From positions 96,001 to 160,000 of the forward strand of contig JBFWRP010000005.1 of assembly GCA_050248855.1 (NCBI GenBank): a stretch of DNA of 64,000 nucleotides, given 5' to 3'. A program made the translations under genes and the position numbers. This document shows, in pieces, positions 7,486-18,750 of the stretch (the stretch's first letter is position 1; every line of letters starts with the position of its first letter). Source of the stretch: Planctomycetota bacterium. GTDB taxonomy: Bacteria > Planctomycetota > PLA2 > JAEUHO01. The notes under the pieces are model-generated. The model was not told the DNA's origin, ran no database searches, and was given only the letters and a program-made list of their open reading frames with translations.

Positions 7486-10475
7486 TCGACGCTCTCGTCG
7501 CCCTCGTCGTTGCGTCGGGCGGAGCGCGGCGGCGCCTCGGGCTCGGGCGCGTAGAACGGCGGCGGATCGGGCAGGGCTTCGGGCACGTCCAGCGACTTGC
7601 CCGTCATCGCGCCGAAGAGCTGCGTCCAGTACCCGCCGCTGCGGCCGCAGGCCATCTCGGTCCAGCCTCCGCCCAACATGTTGCGGTGGTGGCCGCTGGA
7701 GGTGAACCACGCCTTGAACGCATCGCGTCCGGTGTGCAGGCCCATGGCGATGTTCTCGCCGACACCGCCGCCGTAGCCTTGGGCCTTGGCGCGTGCGCCG
7801 GGCGTGCGGTTCTCCGCCGTGGCGCCCTTGTCGCCTGGCACGTCGTGGGAGAAGTAGCTGTTCTCCTTCATGTGCCGGCTGTGACCGCGCGCGGCGCGCA
7901 GCAAGCGCTCGTGGATCTTGACGGCGTTCAAGCCCATCATCATCCGGTACTCGTTGACCACGAGGACGTTGTCGCGCTCCTCGAAGGTGCAGGTGACGGG
8001 CACCTTGAGGTTGAACGCAAGCACTTCCAGCGAGTACTGCCGCACCTTGGCGGCGCCGGCGTCGGGGACGACGCTCGGCATGTCGACCGCCTCGTTGACG
8101 CGCTTGGCGAGGGCGTCGAGCGAGGCGTCGTGCGCCGGGTCCACCCGCACGAGGACGTCATCGACTTCGGCCAGCTGTGCGAGATCCGCCTTCAGCTTGT
8201 CGTCCCAGCCCACGATAAGCTCGAACGGGTTCTCCCAGACCTGGCGAACCGCGGCGACGCGCTCCTCGACGTCGGCTTGGCTGCGGTGGTCGGGGTTGGG
8301 GTATGGGTACGCCTGCTCGTCGCGGATCAGCGCGAGCGCGTGCGCGCGCCGCTTCTCGAGCTCCTCGAACAAGCGCGACTTGGTCTTGGCCGACGTCCAG
8401 GCGGACGCTCCCGCCAGGGACTCGACGACCGCCGCGCGGCGCGCGTGCAGGGCGGCGGCCAGGCGGGGGGCGGCGTGGTCCCCGAAGGCGAGCAGACGCG
8501 CGTAGGCCGCCTGCCGCGTCTCGGGCTTGGTCGAGGTCACGTCGGCGAGTGCGGCGACGATCGCCTTCTCGCGCTCGAGCGCCTCGCGCTCCGCGTGCGT
8601 GACGTAGCGTCCGTCGTAGGGCACGAAGCCGTCGGCGGGGAGCTCGATGCCGCGCCAGCGTGCGAGCACGCGGAACAGCGAGGCCTCGTCGAAGCCCGTC
8701 GCCCCCGCTTGCACCAGCAACGTGTCGGTGCGCGAGTCCAGGCCCAGCGCGCGCGCCAGGCAGGCCGCGTCGTACGCGGCTTCGCCCTCGGGGTCCTGGC
8801 GCTGCAGGAGCGCGTCCCATGTCGAGGCGGCCAGGCGCGCCCACACGAAGCGGCTCTCACCGCCCTGCACGACCGCATCGAAGCCGCTGGCGTCGGCCTT
8901 GCGCACGTCCACCCGCAGGCGTCCGCCGACGGGCACGTTGCGGAAGCGCTTGGCCTCGGACTGGATGGCGGCGATCAGGTGCGACACGCCCGCTTGGGCC
9001 CGCACGAGATCGGCGGCGTAGGCGCGCACGGCCTCGCGCGGCGCACCATCGGGTACCGCGGAGGCCGCGGCACCTGCGGCCTCGGCGGCGGCGGCGAACT
9101 CGCGCCTGGCGAGCGCATCGGCGGCTGCCGCCCGCGCGATCGCGAGCGCACCGCCTGCATCGAGCGGGAGGGGGCGGGTCGGCTCGCCCGTGGGCGCGTC
9201 GGCCGGCGCGTCCCCGGACGTCTCCGGCGGCACCGGCGTCGCGGGCGCAGGCGTGGGAGCAGGCGTCGTCGGGTCGGACGGCTCCGGCACGGGCGGGCGC
9301 GCCTTCTCGGCGCGCGCCCGCTCGAGCAGCTTCTCCAGCGTCGCGTGGACGGCAAAGCCCTGGTAGCCCGCGATGACGCGCTCGACCTCGTCGACGGCGC
9401 GCCAGACCAAGCCCTTCTCGAGCTTCTCCTCCACCTGCTGCATGACGCGGGCGGCAAGCTCGTTGGCCGTGGCCTCGACCTCGGCACGTCCCTCGGCCAC
9501 GCGCGCCGCGGCGTCGACGCCGGCCGGTGCGCTGCGGCCCACCGTGTCCCAGGCTGCGCGCCAGAGATCGAAGCGGTGCTCGCGCTTCCACGCATCGGCG
9601 TCGTGCGCAATGACGTCGGCACGCCCTTGCAACCACGCCTCACGCGCGGCGTGTACGCCCACGAGGAACTGGTCGAAGCGCGGGCCGGCGTCTTCGCCGA
9701 ACCGCTCGAGCAGCTCGCGGCGATGCTCGGCGAGCATGGCATCGGTCTTGTCCAGCTGCACGATGACCAGCTCGGCGATCGCGTTCTCGATGCGCGTGCG
9801 CCCGCGTGCCACGCGATCGGTCAGCTGGCGCGCCAGGTCATCGCTGCGACCGTCGGCCTCGACGGCAGCCAGCAGCGTCGCGGCTTGCCCGTAGCGTCCG
9901 GCCTCGGCGTGCGCCTGGGCCTCGACGATGCGCGGGTCGCGCGCGGCGGACGGAGCACTCCGCCCGAAGACCATCCACAGCGCGAGCAGGCCGACGCCGG
10001 CGACGCCGGCGACGATCCACGGCACCTTCGAGCGCGGGGCTGCGGCCTGTCGCGAGGTGGTGCGCTCGACGCTGCGTTCGGCACGTCGTTCGTGGACGCT
10101 GCGTTCGGCGACGCCCCGCTCCGGGGCTGGCGCAGCCGGTGCAGCGGAGGCGGCCGGCGCTGGCGCCACAGCCACCTGCACCGCCGTCGGCGCCCCCACG
10201 GTCACGCGCACTTCGCCGAGCTCGACGACATCGCCCTCGGCCAGCGCGGCTTGGCGTACGACGGCGCCGTTGCGGCGCGTGGGCTCGCCGCTGTCCAAGT
10301 CCCGCAGGCGGACGCGGCCGTCGGGCAAGGCCTCGAGCGAGCAGTGCTCGGCGGCCACCCCTTGGGCGTCCAGCGTCAGCTCGAGGCCGGCATTGCGGCC
10401 CAGCCGTACGACCTGCCCCAGGGGCAGCTCGGCCTCGAACTGCCGGCCTCGGATGTCGATTCGGATCGCTGTCAC
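7482..10475 (-). CDS. FHA domain-TM-helical repeat-CAP(SCP) domain protein
   Basis: N-terminal FHA-like region (LGRN...VAAEHCSL...LRDLDS), one TM helix, and a C-terminal CAP domain (AARGHSRHM..YFSH, GENIA, WFTSSGHHRNML). The start could be TTG at 10502. Confidence 0.82.
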   Translation of the reverse strand: MTAIRIDIRGRQFEAELPLGQVVRLGRNAGLELTLDAQGVAAEHCSLEALPDGRVRLRDLDSGEPTRRNGAVVRQAALAEGDVVELGEVRVTVGAPTAVQVAVAPAPAASAAPAAPAPERGVAERSVHERRAERSVERTTSRQAAAPRSKVPWIVAGVAGVGLLALWMVFGRSAPSAARDPRIVEAQAHAEAGRYGQAATLLAAVEADGRSDDLARQLTDRVARGRTRIENAIAELVIVQLDKTDAMLAEHRRELLERFGEDAGPRFDQFLVGVHAAREAWLQGRADVIAHDADAWKREHRFDLWRAAWDTVGRSAPAGVDAAARVAEGRAEVEATANELAARVMQQVEEKLEKGLVWRAVDEVERVIAGYQGFAVHATLEKLLERARAEKARPPVPEPSDPTTPAPTPAPATPVPPETSGDAPADAPTGEPTRPLPLDAGGALAIARAAAADALARREFAAAAEAAGAAASAVPDGAPREAVRAYAADLVRAQAGVSHLIAAIQSEAKRFRNVPVGGRLRVDVRKADASGFDAVVQGGESRFVWARLAASTWDALLQRQDPEGEAAYDAACLARALGLDSRTDTLLVQAGATGFDEASLFRVLARWRGIELPADGFVPYDGRYVTHAEREALEREKAIVAALADVTSTKPETRQAAYARLLAFGDHAAPRLAAALHARRAAVVESLAGASAWTSAKTKSRLFEELEKRRAHALALIRDEQAYPYPNPDHRSQADVEERVAAVRQVWENPFELIVGWDDKLKADLAQLAEVDDVLVRVDPAHDASLDALAKRVNEAVDMPSVVPDAGAAKVRQYSLEVLAFNLKVPVTCTFEERDNVLVVNEYRMMMGLNAVKIHERLLRAARGHSRHMKENSYFSHDVPGDKGATAENRTPGARAKAQGYGGGVGENIAMGLHTGRDAFKAWFTSSGHHRNMLGGGWTEMACGRSGGYWTQLFGAMTGKSLDVPEALPDPPPFYAPEPEAPPRSARRNDEGDESVE

Positions 10476-10564
10476 GAGCCCGGCCCCGTGTCCCGGCGTC
10501 AACTGCGCGGAAGTCTACCCCCCGTCATCGGCCATCGGGTGCCCGCAGCGGACCCGCGTTCGCG

Positions 10565-11758
10565 TCAGCCGCCGAGATGGAGGACGAAGTCGAGGAGCTC
10601 GTGCGCGCGGTCCACGCGGAAGCCGGACTGCTGCGCCCCTACCTCCGTGAACGCACTCCGGCGGTGGCTGCGCACGCCCGGCCCGAACAGGGCGAAGGGG
10701 ACGGGATCCTCGAGGACGCGCCCGCTCTCGGTGGAGGTTGCGGGCCCGGCCAGGACGACCAGCCTGAGGTCCCGCCGGCGCATCGCGGCCTCCAGGAGGG
10801 GACCGACCACGTAGCCGTCTGCGCGCTCGAGCAGCTCGACCTTGCCGACGAAGTCGCGGGCATGGGAGGCGGCTTCGAGCGCCGCCACGTGGAGGAACAC
10901 CAAGTCGTGCTGGTCCAGGCCGGCGAGGGCGGCGTCCGCCTTGGCGCGGAGCGCGGAGTCCATGCGGCCCGTGGCCCCCACGGGAACCAGGACCTCGATG
11001 CCCTGGAGCACGGCGGCCCCGCGGAACGCGTTGTCCACGCCCACGGCCAAGGCGGACAGCCCCGTGCGTTCCTTCATCGACGGCAGCGGGAGACTGACCC
11101 CCGGGCTCCAGGGCCAGATCAAGGTGGCCGGGTTCTCTCCGAGGTCCCGCCGGAGCTCGTTGACCTCGTGGGCGGGCAGCAGCGCCGCGCTGCGCTGCAT
11201 GGCTGCCAGCAGGCGACCGATGCCGGTGCCGCGGGGGAGAGCCGAGTCCAGCGCCCGCTCGACCACTTCGTAGGGCGGCACCGTGGAGAGCCGTACGTCG
11301 CGCGCCCCGGCCCACACGAGCACGTGGCTGCCGGCGGCGCCGGCGTGCAGCGACAGCGCATCGTCGGCCAGGGCCTCGTCGAGGCTCGTGAGCAGGAGCT
11401 CGGCCTCGTCGCGGCTCACGTGCCCCGCGGTCGGGTCCAGGATCGTGCGCTCGTCGGCCGTCACGAGCGAGAGGCGCATGGCCTGGTCGAGCGAACCGAC
11501 TTCCACGCCCAAGCCCGCCGCATCGAGCGCGGCGCCGATGTCGCCGAAGGACGAGGGATCGAGCCCGTAGAGGGCCAGCACGAACGCGACTTCTTCCGGG
11601 CGCATGCCTTGCGGCGCCGCGACCACGCGGCCGAGGCGGCCCTCCGCAGCCAGGCGGTCCAGGTGCGGCGTGGCCGCTGCCTCCAGCGGCGTCCGCCCGC
11701 CCAGGTCCTCGACGGGCCGGTCGGCGGCGCCCGCGAGGCAGAGGACGAGCGTGCGCAT
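10565..11758 (-). CDS. Cofactor-independent phosphoglycerate mutase (ApgM) homolog with degenerate active site
   Basis: LGGRTPLEAAATPHLDRLA, HEVNELRRDLGENPATLIWPW and DPVPF motifs fit the family; the metal ligands are substituted. Confidence 0.8.
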   Translation of the reverse strand: MRTLVLCLAGAADRPVEDLGGRTPLEAAATPHLDRLAAEGRLGRVVAAPQGMRPEEVAFVLALYGLDPSSFGDIGAALDAAGLGVEVGSLDQAMRLSLVTADERTILDPTAGHVSRDEAELLLTSLDEALADDALSLHAGAAGSHVLVWAGARDVRLSTVPPYEVVERALDSALPRGTGIGRLLAAMQRSAALLPAHEVNELRRDLGENPATLIWPWSPGVSLPLPSMKERTGLSALAVGVDNAFRGAAVLQGIEVLVPVGATGRMDSALRAKADAALAGLDQHDLVFLHVAALEAASHARDFVGKVELLERADGYVVGPLLEAAMRRRDLRLVVLAGPATSTESGRVLEDPVPFALFGPGVRSHRRSAFTEVGAQQSGFRVDRAHELLDFVLHLGG

Positions 11759-11806
11759 CGACGGACAACCTCCCGCGGAGCGGGCGCGGCCCCAAGCCGC
11801 GCGACC

Positions 11807-12271
11807 CTACTCCTCGTCGTCCTCGCTCGGCCGCGGTTCCTGGGGCAGCAAGAGCCAGGGGAACGACTTCCCCGGCACCTGCCAGCGCTCCAGGCGCGTG
11901 TCGAAGCCGACGACGTAGACCTCCATGACGAGGCCGGTCACCGCCTCGTGGACGTGGCCGGTATACGCCAGCAGCTCGCGCGGGGCGAAGACGCCGTGCA
12001 GGTGCACGAAGACGCGCTCTTCGGCCACGTCGTAGGAGATCGTGCCGCTGAGGCTGCCGACTTCCATCGGCTCCTCGAACGTGCGCTTGACATACTCGCC
12101 CGTCTCCGGGTCGAGGAACCCCAACACGAGCCGCTGCGTGCTGCCGAGGCCCTGGATGAAGCCGCTGGAGAGTCCGAGCTCGGCCGCGAAGGCGCGCAGC
12201 GACGCGACGAGCTCGTCGCCGGGGTCCAGGCGCAGGAAGTAGCGGCCGTTGCCGAGCGCCGTGTGCTGCAT
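11807..12271 (-). CDS. PPC/DUF296 domain protein
   Basis: LRLDPGDELV, GLGS, EVGSLSGTI and HLHGVF...GHV motifs. Confidence 0.88.
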   Translation of the reverse strand: MQHTALGNGRYFLRLDPGDELVASLRAFAAELGLSSGFIQGLGSTQRLVLGFLDPETGEYVKRTFEEPMEVGSLSGTISYDVAEERVFVHLHGVFAPRELLAYTGHVHEAVTGLVMEVYVVGFDTRLERWQVPGKSFPWLLLPQEPRPSEDDEE

Positions 12272-12406
12272 GCCGCCTCCCGCAACCGTCCCTGCCACCC
12301 GTCGGCGACCCGGTCCCTCGCCGCGGCTGGCGATTCTTCCACGAAGCGGCCGTTGGAGCCGAGAATCCGCGCCGAGGGGGCGAAGATCGCCGCCCTCGGA
12401 GGCCTC

Positions 12407-13321
12407 GTGCACCTCTACCTCGTCGTGAACCCTGCCGCGGGCCGCCGCAACGCCGTGCCCTACGCGGAGTCCGTTGCGACGCGGCTGGAAGAGCGGGGCC
12501 ATCGCGTGACCCGGTACGTCACGAAGGGGCCTGGCGACGGCGCCGTCCACGCGGCGGGCCTGGGCCCGGACGCCTGCGACGTCCTGGGCGTCGTCGGCGG
12601 CGACGGGACGCTGGCCGAGCTCGTGGACAGCCGCCATGACGGCCTGCCGTGGCCGATCGCCTTGGTGCCGATGGGCACGGCCAACCTCGTGGCCCGCGAG
12701 CTGGGCATGCCGCTGGCCCGCGACGCGACCGCCACGGCGGCGGCTCTGCATGCGGGCATCGCCTGGCCGATCGACGTGATGGCGCTCACGGCCGAGGGCT
12801 CGCCGCGGCGGCGCGCCGTGGCCAACGTCGGCGTGGGCCCGGATGCCGAGATCGTCCGCACGATCGCCGCGCTGCGCGCGGGCAACCAGGCCTCGGGCGG
12901 CTACATCCACTGGGTGCGCCCGATCCTCGACACCATGCGCCGGGCCCACATGACGCCGCTGCACATCGAGATCGATGGGCGGAAGACCTTCCGCGGCCAC
13001 GCATGCATCGTCCAGAACGCCTCCAACTACGGCGGCGTGTTCGCGCTCAGTCCCACCGCGGGCCTGGCCAGCGGTGCGCTCGACGTGGTGGTGGTGCGCG
13101 GGCGCACCGCGCGCGACCTCATGGCCATCGGCGTCGGCGGCCTCCTGAGGCGCCTCGGCAACAACCACTTGATCAAGATCGTGCGGGGCGACCGGGTGCG
13201 CGTCGTGGCGGCCACGCCGGCGGCCGTCCAAGCGGATGGGGACCCGGCCGGCACGACCGCGCTCGAGGTCGAGCGACTGCCTGCCGCGCTGCGCCTCTGG
13301 AAGAGGACGGCGAACGCCTGA
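12407..13321 (+). CDS. Diacylglycerol/lipid kinase family protein (YegS/DAGK)
   Basis: VNPAAG, GGDGT, PMGTANLVAR, NYGG and QADGD motifs. Confidence 0.9.
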   Translation: MHLYLVVNPAAGRRNAVPYAESVATRLEERGHRVTRYVTKGPGDGAVHAAGLGPDACDVLGVVGGDGTLAELVDSRHDGLPWPIALVPMGTANLVARELGMPLARDATATAAALHAGIAWPIDVMALTAEGSPRRRAVANVGVGPDAEIVRTIAALRAGNQASGGYIHWVRPILDTMRRAHMTPLHIEIDGRKTFRGHACIVQNASNYGGVFALSPTAGLASGALDVVVVRGRTARDLMAIGVGGLLRRLGNNHLIKIVRGDRVRVVAATPAAVQADGDPAGTTALEVERLPAALRLWKRTANA

Positions 13322-13351
13322 CGCTGGTGTCGTGCGCGCCCCGCGGTGCGT

Positions 13352-14176
13352 TCAACCGATGGCTGCCCGCACCCGCTGGATGGTGGCGAGGAGCGCCGGC
13401 ACGGTCGTGAGCGCCAGCATGTTGGGCCCGTCGCTCAGGCCCTTGTCCGGGTCCTCGTGCATCTCGAGGAAGAAGCCGTCCACGCCGACCGCGGCGGCCG
13501 CCCGGACGAGGGCCGGCACTTCCGTGCGATCGCCCCCGCTGCGGTCTCCGAGGCCACCGGGGCGCTGCACGGCGTGCGTGCCGTCGAACACCACCGGGTG
13601 GCCGAGGCCCCGCAGGATCGGCAACGAGCGGAAGTCGACGACGAGGTTGGCGTAGCCGAACGAGACACCGCGCTCGGTCAGCAGCAGGTCGTTGCAACCC
13701 GAACCCGTCAGCTTCTGGACCACGGGGCGCATCTGCTCGGGGGCCAGGAACTGCCCCTTCTTGACGTTGACGGCCTTGCCCGTCTTCGCAGCGGCGACGA
13801 GCAGGTCGGTCTGGCGGCAGAGGAACGCGGGCACCTGCAGGATGTCGCAGACCTCGCCGACGGGCCCGGCCTGGGCCGGCTCGTGGAAGTCGGTGAGCAC
13901 GGGCACGCCGATCTCGCGGCGTACGTGGGCGAGCACGGCCAAGCCCTCCTCCAGCCCGGGCCCACGGAAGCCCCCGAGGCTCGTGCGGTTGGCCTTGTCG
14001 AAGGACGACTTGAACACGAACGTGAAGCCGGCGTCGAGTGCCATGTCGCGGATGGACTCGGCGTGGCGGAGCGCGCTGTCGCGGCTCTCGATCACGCAGG
14101 GCCCCGCGATGAGGAGAGGCGGATGGCCCGGCCCCACGAGGTGGTCGGCCACGCGGCAGGGTCGGACCTCGCTCAT
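13352..14176 (-). CDS. kdsA: 3-deoxy-D-manno-octulosonate 8-phosphate synthase
   Basis: [39 protein letters not shown] and SDGPN motifs. Confidence 0.96.
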   Translation of the reverse strand: MSEVRPCRVADHLVGPGHPPLLIAGPCVIESRDSALRHAESIRDMALDAGFTFVFKSSFDKANRTSLGGFRGPGLEEGLAVLAHVRREIGVPVLTDFHEPAQAGPVGEVCDILQVPAFLCRQTDLLVAAAKTGKAVNVKKGQFLAPEQMRPVVQKLTGSGCNDLLLTERGVSFGYANLVVDFRSLPILRGLGHPVVFDGTHAVQRPGGLGDRSGGDRTEVPALVRAAAAVGVDGFFLEMHEDPDKGLSDGPNMLALTTVPALLATIQRVRAAIG

Positions 14177-15492
14177 GGCCGGGCCTCCTCGGCATCCACG
14201 GCGGACGCGGCCACGTGGACGAACGTGGGCGTGGCCGTCTCCGCGGCCACGAGATCGTCGTAGGTCTCGCGGCGCCGCGCCACGGCGAACCGGTCGCCGG
14301 CCACCAGCACCTCCGGCGGTCGCGGCCGTGCGTTGTACGTGCTGCTCATCGTGAAGCCGTAGGCGCCCACCCCGAACACGGCCAGGAGATCGCCCGCCGC
14401 CACGTCGGGCAACGGGCGGTCCTTGGCCAGGAAGTCGCCGCTCTCGCAGACCGGGCCCACGACATCGACGCGCGGGAGCCCCTCGGCCTCGCCGACGGGC
14501 GGCGCGCCGTGGCCGGCGACGGGCCAGATGCGATGCCATCCCCCGTAGAGGCTCGGCCGGATCAGGTCGTTCATGCCCGCATCCACGATCACGAAGCGCT
14601 TGGAGCCGGCCTGCTTGCGGTACAGCACGCGCGTCACGAGCGCCCCGGCGTTGCCCACGAGGACCCGTCCGGGCTCCATGAGCAGCTTGAGGCCCAGGTG
14701 CTTGACGTGCGGGCGCACCACGCGGGCGTACTCCTCGAACGAGGGCGCGCGCAGGTCCTTGTAGAAGATGCCGAACCCGCCCCCCATGTCGAGGGAGGCC
14801 AGGTCCGGGGCGTCGGGCTGGAGCGTGCGCGCCAGCTCGGCCACCCGGCCGACGGCTTCGCCGTACGGCGTGACGTCGGTGATCTGGCTCCCGATGTGGC
14901 ACTGCAAGCCCACGAGGCGCAGGGACGGCCGGTCGAGCACGCGGCGGGCCAGCTCCGCGCCGCGGGCGATGGGGAGGCCGAACTTGGACTCCTTCAGGCC
15001 CGTGGCGATGTAAGCGTGGGTCTGCGGGTCCACGTCCGGGTTGACGCGCAGGGCCACGTCGGCACGACGACCGGTCTCGGCGGCCACGCGCGCCAGGGCC
15101 TCGAGCTCTTCCTCGCTCTCGACGTTGAAGAGCCGTACGCCGTAGGCGAGCGCGGCGTCCATCTCGGCGCGCGTCTTGCCCACGCCCGAGAACACGATGC
15201 GCTCGCCCGGTACGCCGAGGCGGCGCAGCCGATCCAGCTCCCCCCCGCTGACGATGTCGAAGCCGAGGCCGCGGGCGGCCAGGTCCGCGAGGAGCGCGAG
15301 GTTGCCGTTCGCCTTCATCGCGTAGCAGACGAGCGGGTCGAGGTCGGCGAACGCCGCCTGCAAGCGGTCGACGTGGTCGCGGACGGTGCCGAGCGAATAG
15401 ACGTAGGCCGGCGTGCCTACGGCGCGGGCGATCGCGTCGAGGGGGACGTCCTCGACGACCAGCTGCCCGTCGCGGTAGGCGAAGCGGTCCAT
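14173..15492 (-). CDS. lysA: Diaminopimelate decarboxylase
   Basis: [31 protein letters not shown] and GAYG motifs. Confidence 0.96.
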   Translation of the reverse strand: MDRFAYRDGQLVVEDVPLDAIARAVGTPAYVYSLGTVRDHVDRLQAAFADLDPLVCYAMKANGNLALLADLAARGLGFDIVSGGELDRLRRLGVPGERIVFSGVGKTRAEMDAALAYGVRLFNVESEEELEALARVAAETGRRADVALRVNPDVDPQTHAYIATGLKESKFGLPIARGAELARRVLDRPSLRLVGLQCHIGSQITDVTPYGEAVGRVAELARTLQPDAPDLASLDMGGGFGIFYKDLRAPSFEEYARVVRPHVKHLGLKLLMEPGRVLVGNAGALVTRVLYRKQAGSKRFVIVDAGMNDLIRPSLYGGWHRIWPVAGHGAPPVGEAEGLPRVDVVGPVCESGDFLAKDRPLPDVAAGDLLAVFGVGAYGFTMSSTYNARPRPPEVLVAGDRFAVARRRETYDDLVAAETATPTFVHVAASAVDAEEARP

Positions 15493-15536
15493 CGGGCGGG
15501 GAGCCTACCCCGGCCGCGGCCGCGGACGGGGTCGGA

Positions 15537-16430
<894 letters not shown>

Positions 16431-16864
16431 GGTTCCCTCCCCGGCCCTCCCGGGCCGGCCCAGCGTCGACACCCCGACACCACCGCGCTGCCTGCGCGAG
16501 CTGCCCTCCCTGGAGCGACGACCTGGACGGACCGATCCTGGGGAGCAAGCGCCGCCCGCCCAAGCCCAAAACTCCGGGGCCGATGACCTCCGCACCCCCT
16601 CGGGCGACCGCGCGGGGAGACGCAAGGGGTCGGGCCCGGCTTGGGGGGAAATGCGTTCTAGCCACTAGATGTGGGAGGCTGACAACGCGCGACGGTCGTC
16701 ACCCCCCACCTGTCATCGATGCGTCACACGGCTGGTCGGAGGGTGCAGCAGCGGGTCCGCGGCACGTGACCGGAGCCGCTCCGGGCCACGAGGCTACGTG
16801 CGGGGGGGGACGGTCGCGCGGGTAGAACGGCGCCCCCGGCATGCCGGGTGGCAAGGAGGCCGCG

Positions 16865-18241
16865 ATGTCCGAGATCCAGATGTCCGACTTCATGGGTCGC
16901 GTCGTGGCGCTCAGCAAGCGCCGCGGGTTCGTCTACCCGTCGTCGGAGATCTACGGCGGCTTCCAGGCCACCTACGACTACGGGCCGCTCGGTGCCGAGC
17001 TGAAGCGCCTGATCAAGGCCGACTGGTGGCAGGCCATGGTCGGGGACCGCGACGACGTCGTGGGTCTGGACGCCTCGATCCTCATGTCGCCACGGGTCTG
17101 GGAGGCCTCGGGCCACGTCGACGGCTTCAACGACCCCATGGTCGACTGCAAGAAGTGCAAGGGTCGGTTCCGCGCCGACAAGCTGGACGAGGCCCGCTGC
17201 CCCGAGAAGCCGAGCAAGCAGCCGGGCGCGTGCGGCGGCGAGCTCACCGAGCCGCGGCAGTTCAACATGATGTTCAAGACCAAGGCCGGGCCCGTGGACG
17301 ACAGCGCGGCCACCTGCTACCTGCGCCCGGAGACGGCCCAGGGCATCTTCGTCAACTTCAAGAACGTCATGGAGACGACGCGCGTCAAGATCCCCTTCGG
17401 GATCGCGCAGATCGGCAAGGCGTTCCGCAACGAGATCGTGACCGGCAACCAGCTCTTCCGGATGCGCGAGTTCGAGCAGATGGAGATGGAGTTCTTCTGC
17501 GCGCCGGGCACGGAGCTCGAGTGGTACCGCTATTGGCGCGACGAGCGCCTGCGCTGGTGGCAGGCGCTGGGCATCCGCCGCGAACGGCTCAAGTTCTACG
17601 AACAGACCCAGGACGAGCTGGCCCACTACGCCAACGCCTGCGCGGACGTCGAGTACGAGTACCCCTGGGGCTTCGACGAGGTCGAGGGCATCGCCAGCCG
17701 CACGGACTACGACCTCAAGCGCCACGCCGAGGCCAGCGGCCGGCCGCTGGCCTACCACGACATCGAGAGCAAGCAGTGGATCGTGCCCTACGTCGTGGAG
17801 CCCTCCTGCGGCGTGGACCGCTGCTTCCTCACGATCCTCTGCGACGCCTACGACGAGCAGACCAAGCCCAACGGCGAGCAGCGCACCGTGCTGCATCTGC
17901 ATCCCAAGCTCGCGCCGATCCAGCTCGGCGTGTTCCCGCTCGTCAAGAAGGACGGCATGCCGGAGATCGCCGAACGCATCCGCGCGGACCTCAAGCGCAC
18001 GTTCCGCACCGCGTACGACGAGGGCGGCTCCATCGGCAAGCGCTACAGCCGCCTGGACGAGATCGGCACGCCCTGGGGCATCACCATCGACGGCCAGACC
18101 GTCGAGGACGGTACCGTCACGCTGCGCGACCGCGACGCGATGACGCAGGAGCGCGTGCAGCCCGAGCAGCTGACGGCGATCCTGCTCGAGCGCCTGGCCG
18201 GGTACGACCGCGCCAAGGCGGCCCTCGTCCCGGAGGCGTGA
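16865..18241 (+). CDS. glyQS: Glycine--tRNA ligase, homodimeric (alpha2) type
   Basis: LRPETAQGIF, QIGKAFRNEI, REFEQME, EGIASRTDYDL and GSIGKRY motifs; AAGGAGG RBS. Confidence 0.96.
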   Translation: MSEIQMSDFMGRVVALSKRRGFVYPSSEIYGGFQATYDYGPLGAELKRLIKADWWQAMVGDRDDVVGLDASILMSPRVWEASGHVDGFNDPMVDCKKCKGRFRADKLDEARCPEKPSKQPGACGGELTEPRQFNMMFKTKAGPVDDSAATCYLRPETAQGIFVNFKNVMETTRVKIPFGIAQIGKAFRNEIVTGNQLFRMREFEQMEMEFFCAPGTELEWYRYWRDERLRWWQALGIRRERLKFYEQTQDELAHYANACADVEYEYPWGFDEVEGIASRTDYDLKRHAEASGRPLAYHDIESKQWIVPYVVEPSCGVDRCFLTILCDAYDEQTKPNGEQRTVLHLHPKLAPIQLGVFPLVKKDGMPEIAERIRADLKRTFRTAYDEGGSIGKRYSRLDEIGTPWGITIDGQTVEDGTVTLRDRDAMTQERVQPEQLTAILLERLAGYDRAKAALVPEA

Positions 18242-18242
18242 C

Positions 18243-18668
18243 GTGCGGTCGTTGGCCCTGGCGACGATCGTCGTGGCATGCACCGCCTGTGCGGGGACGG
18301 GCTCGGGCGCCGCGCCGGCGTCCACGGCGCGCGCGGCCACGACGGCCGTGCACCCACGCCTGCGGGGCACGCTCGAACGCGTGGCCGCCCTGCGCGCGGC
18401 GGGCCCCGCGGCGCTCGACCAGACGGCCCCCCTGATCGACGAGGGCATTGCGCTGCTCGAAGCGCGCATGCCCCACGACGTGGCCCGTCCCGACGTGATG
18501 CGCTGGCAAGCGTCCCGCGAGGCCTACGGGGCGGCCCTGAAGGATGTGATCTACGCCCGGGACGCCCGCGACGCCGATGCGCTCGATCGGGCGCTGGTGC
18601 GTCTGGACGGCGCCGCCCGCCGCTGGTCGGACGCGCACCTCGGCCTGCCCCCCGAGAGCAGCCTGTAG
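18243..18668 (+). CDS. Hypothetical lipoprotein
   Basis: Hydrophobic N-terminus with a lipobox-like Cys; starts immediately after the glyQS stop. Confidence 0.65.
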   Translation: MRSLALATIVVACTACAGTGSGAAPASTARAATTAVHPRLRGTLERVAALRAAGPAALDQTAPLIDEGIALLEARMPHDVARPDVMRWQASREAYGAALKDVIYARDARDADALDRALVRLDGAARRWSDAHLGLPPESSL

Positions 18669-18683
18669 CCCGCGGCCCCTCGC

Positions 18684-18750
18684 CTGCTCCTCGGGCACGC
18701 CTACTCCTCGGGCACGCCTACTCCTCAGGCCGTCTACTCCTCAGGTACGT
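18684..18750. repeat. Four tandem ~17-bp repeats of a gene 3' end (CTACTCCTCGGGCACGC)
   Basis: Units at 18684, 18701, 18718 and 18734. The last unit encodes the VPEE-stop of the VWA gene. Confidence 0.85.

Noticed and set aside
9806..13321. 1171-aa giant lipid kinase and other apparent N-terminal fusions (27479-30103, 29017-31773, 55578-57647)
   Set aside because: The extensions overlap real genes on other frames or strands; the true starts are internal.
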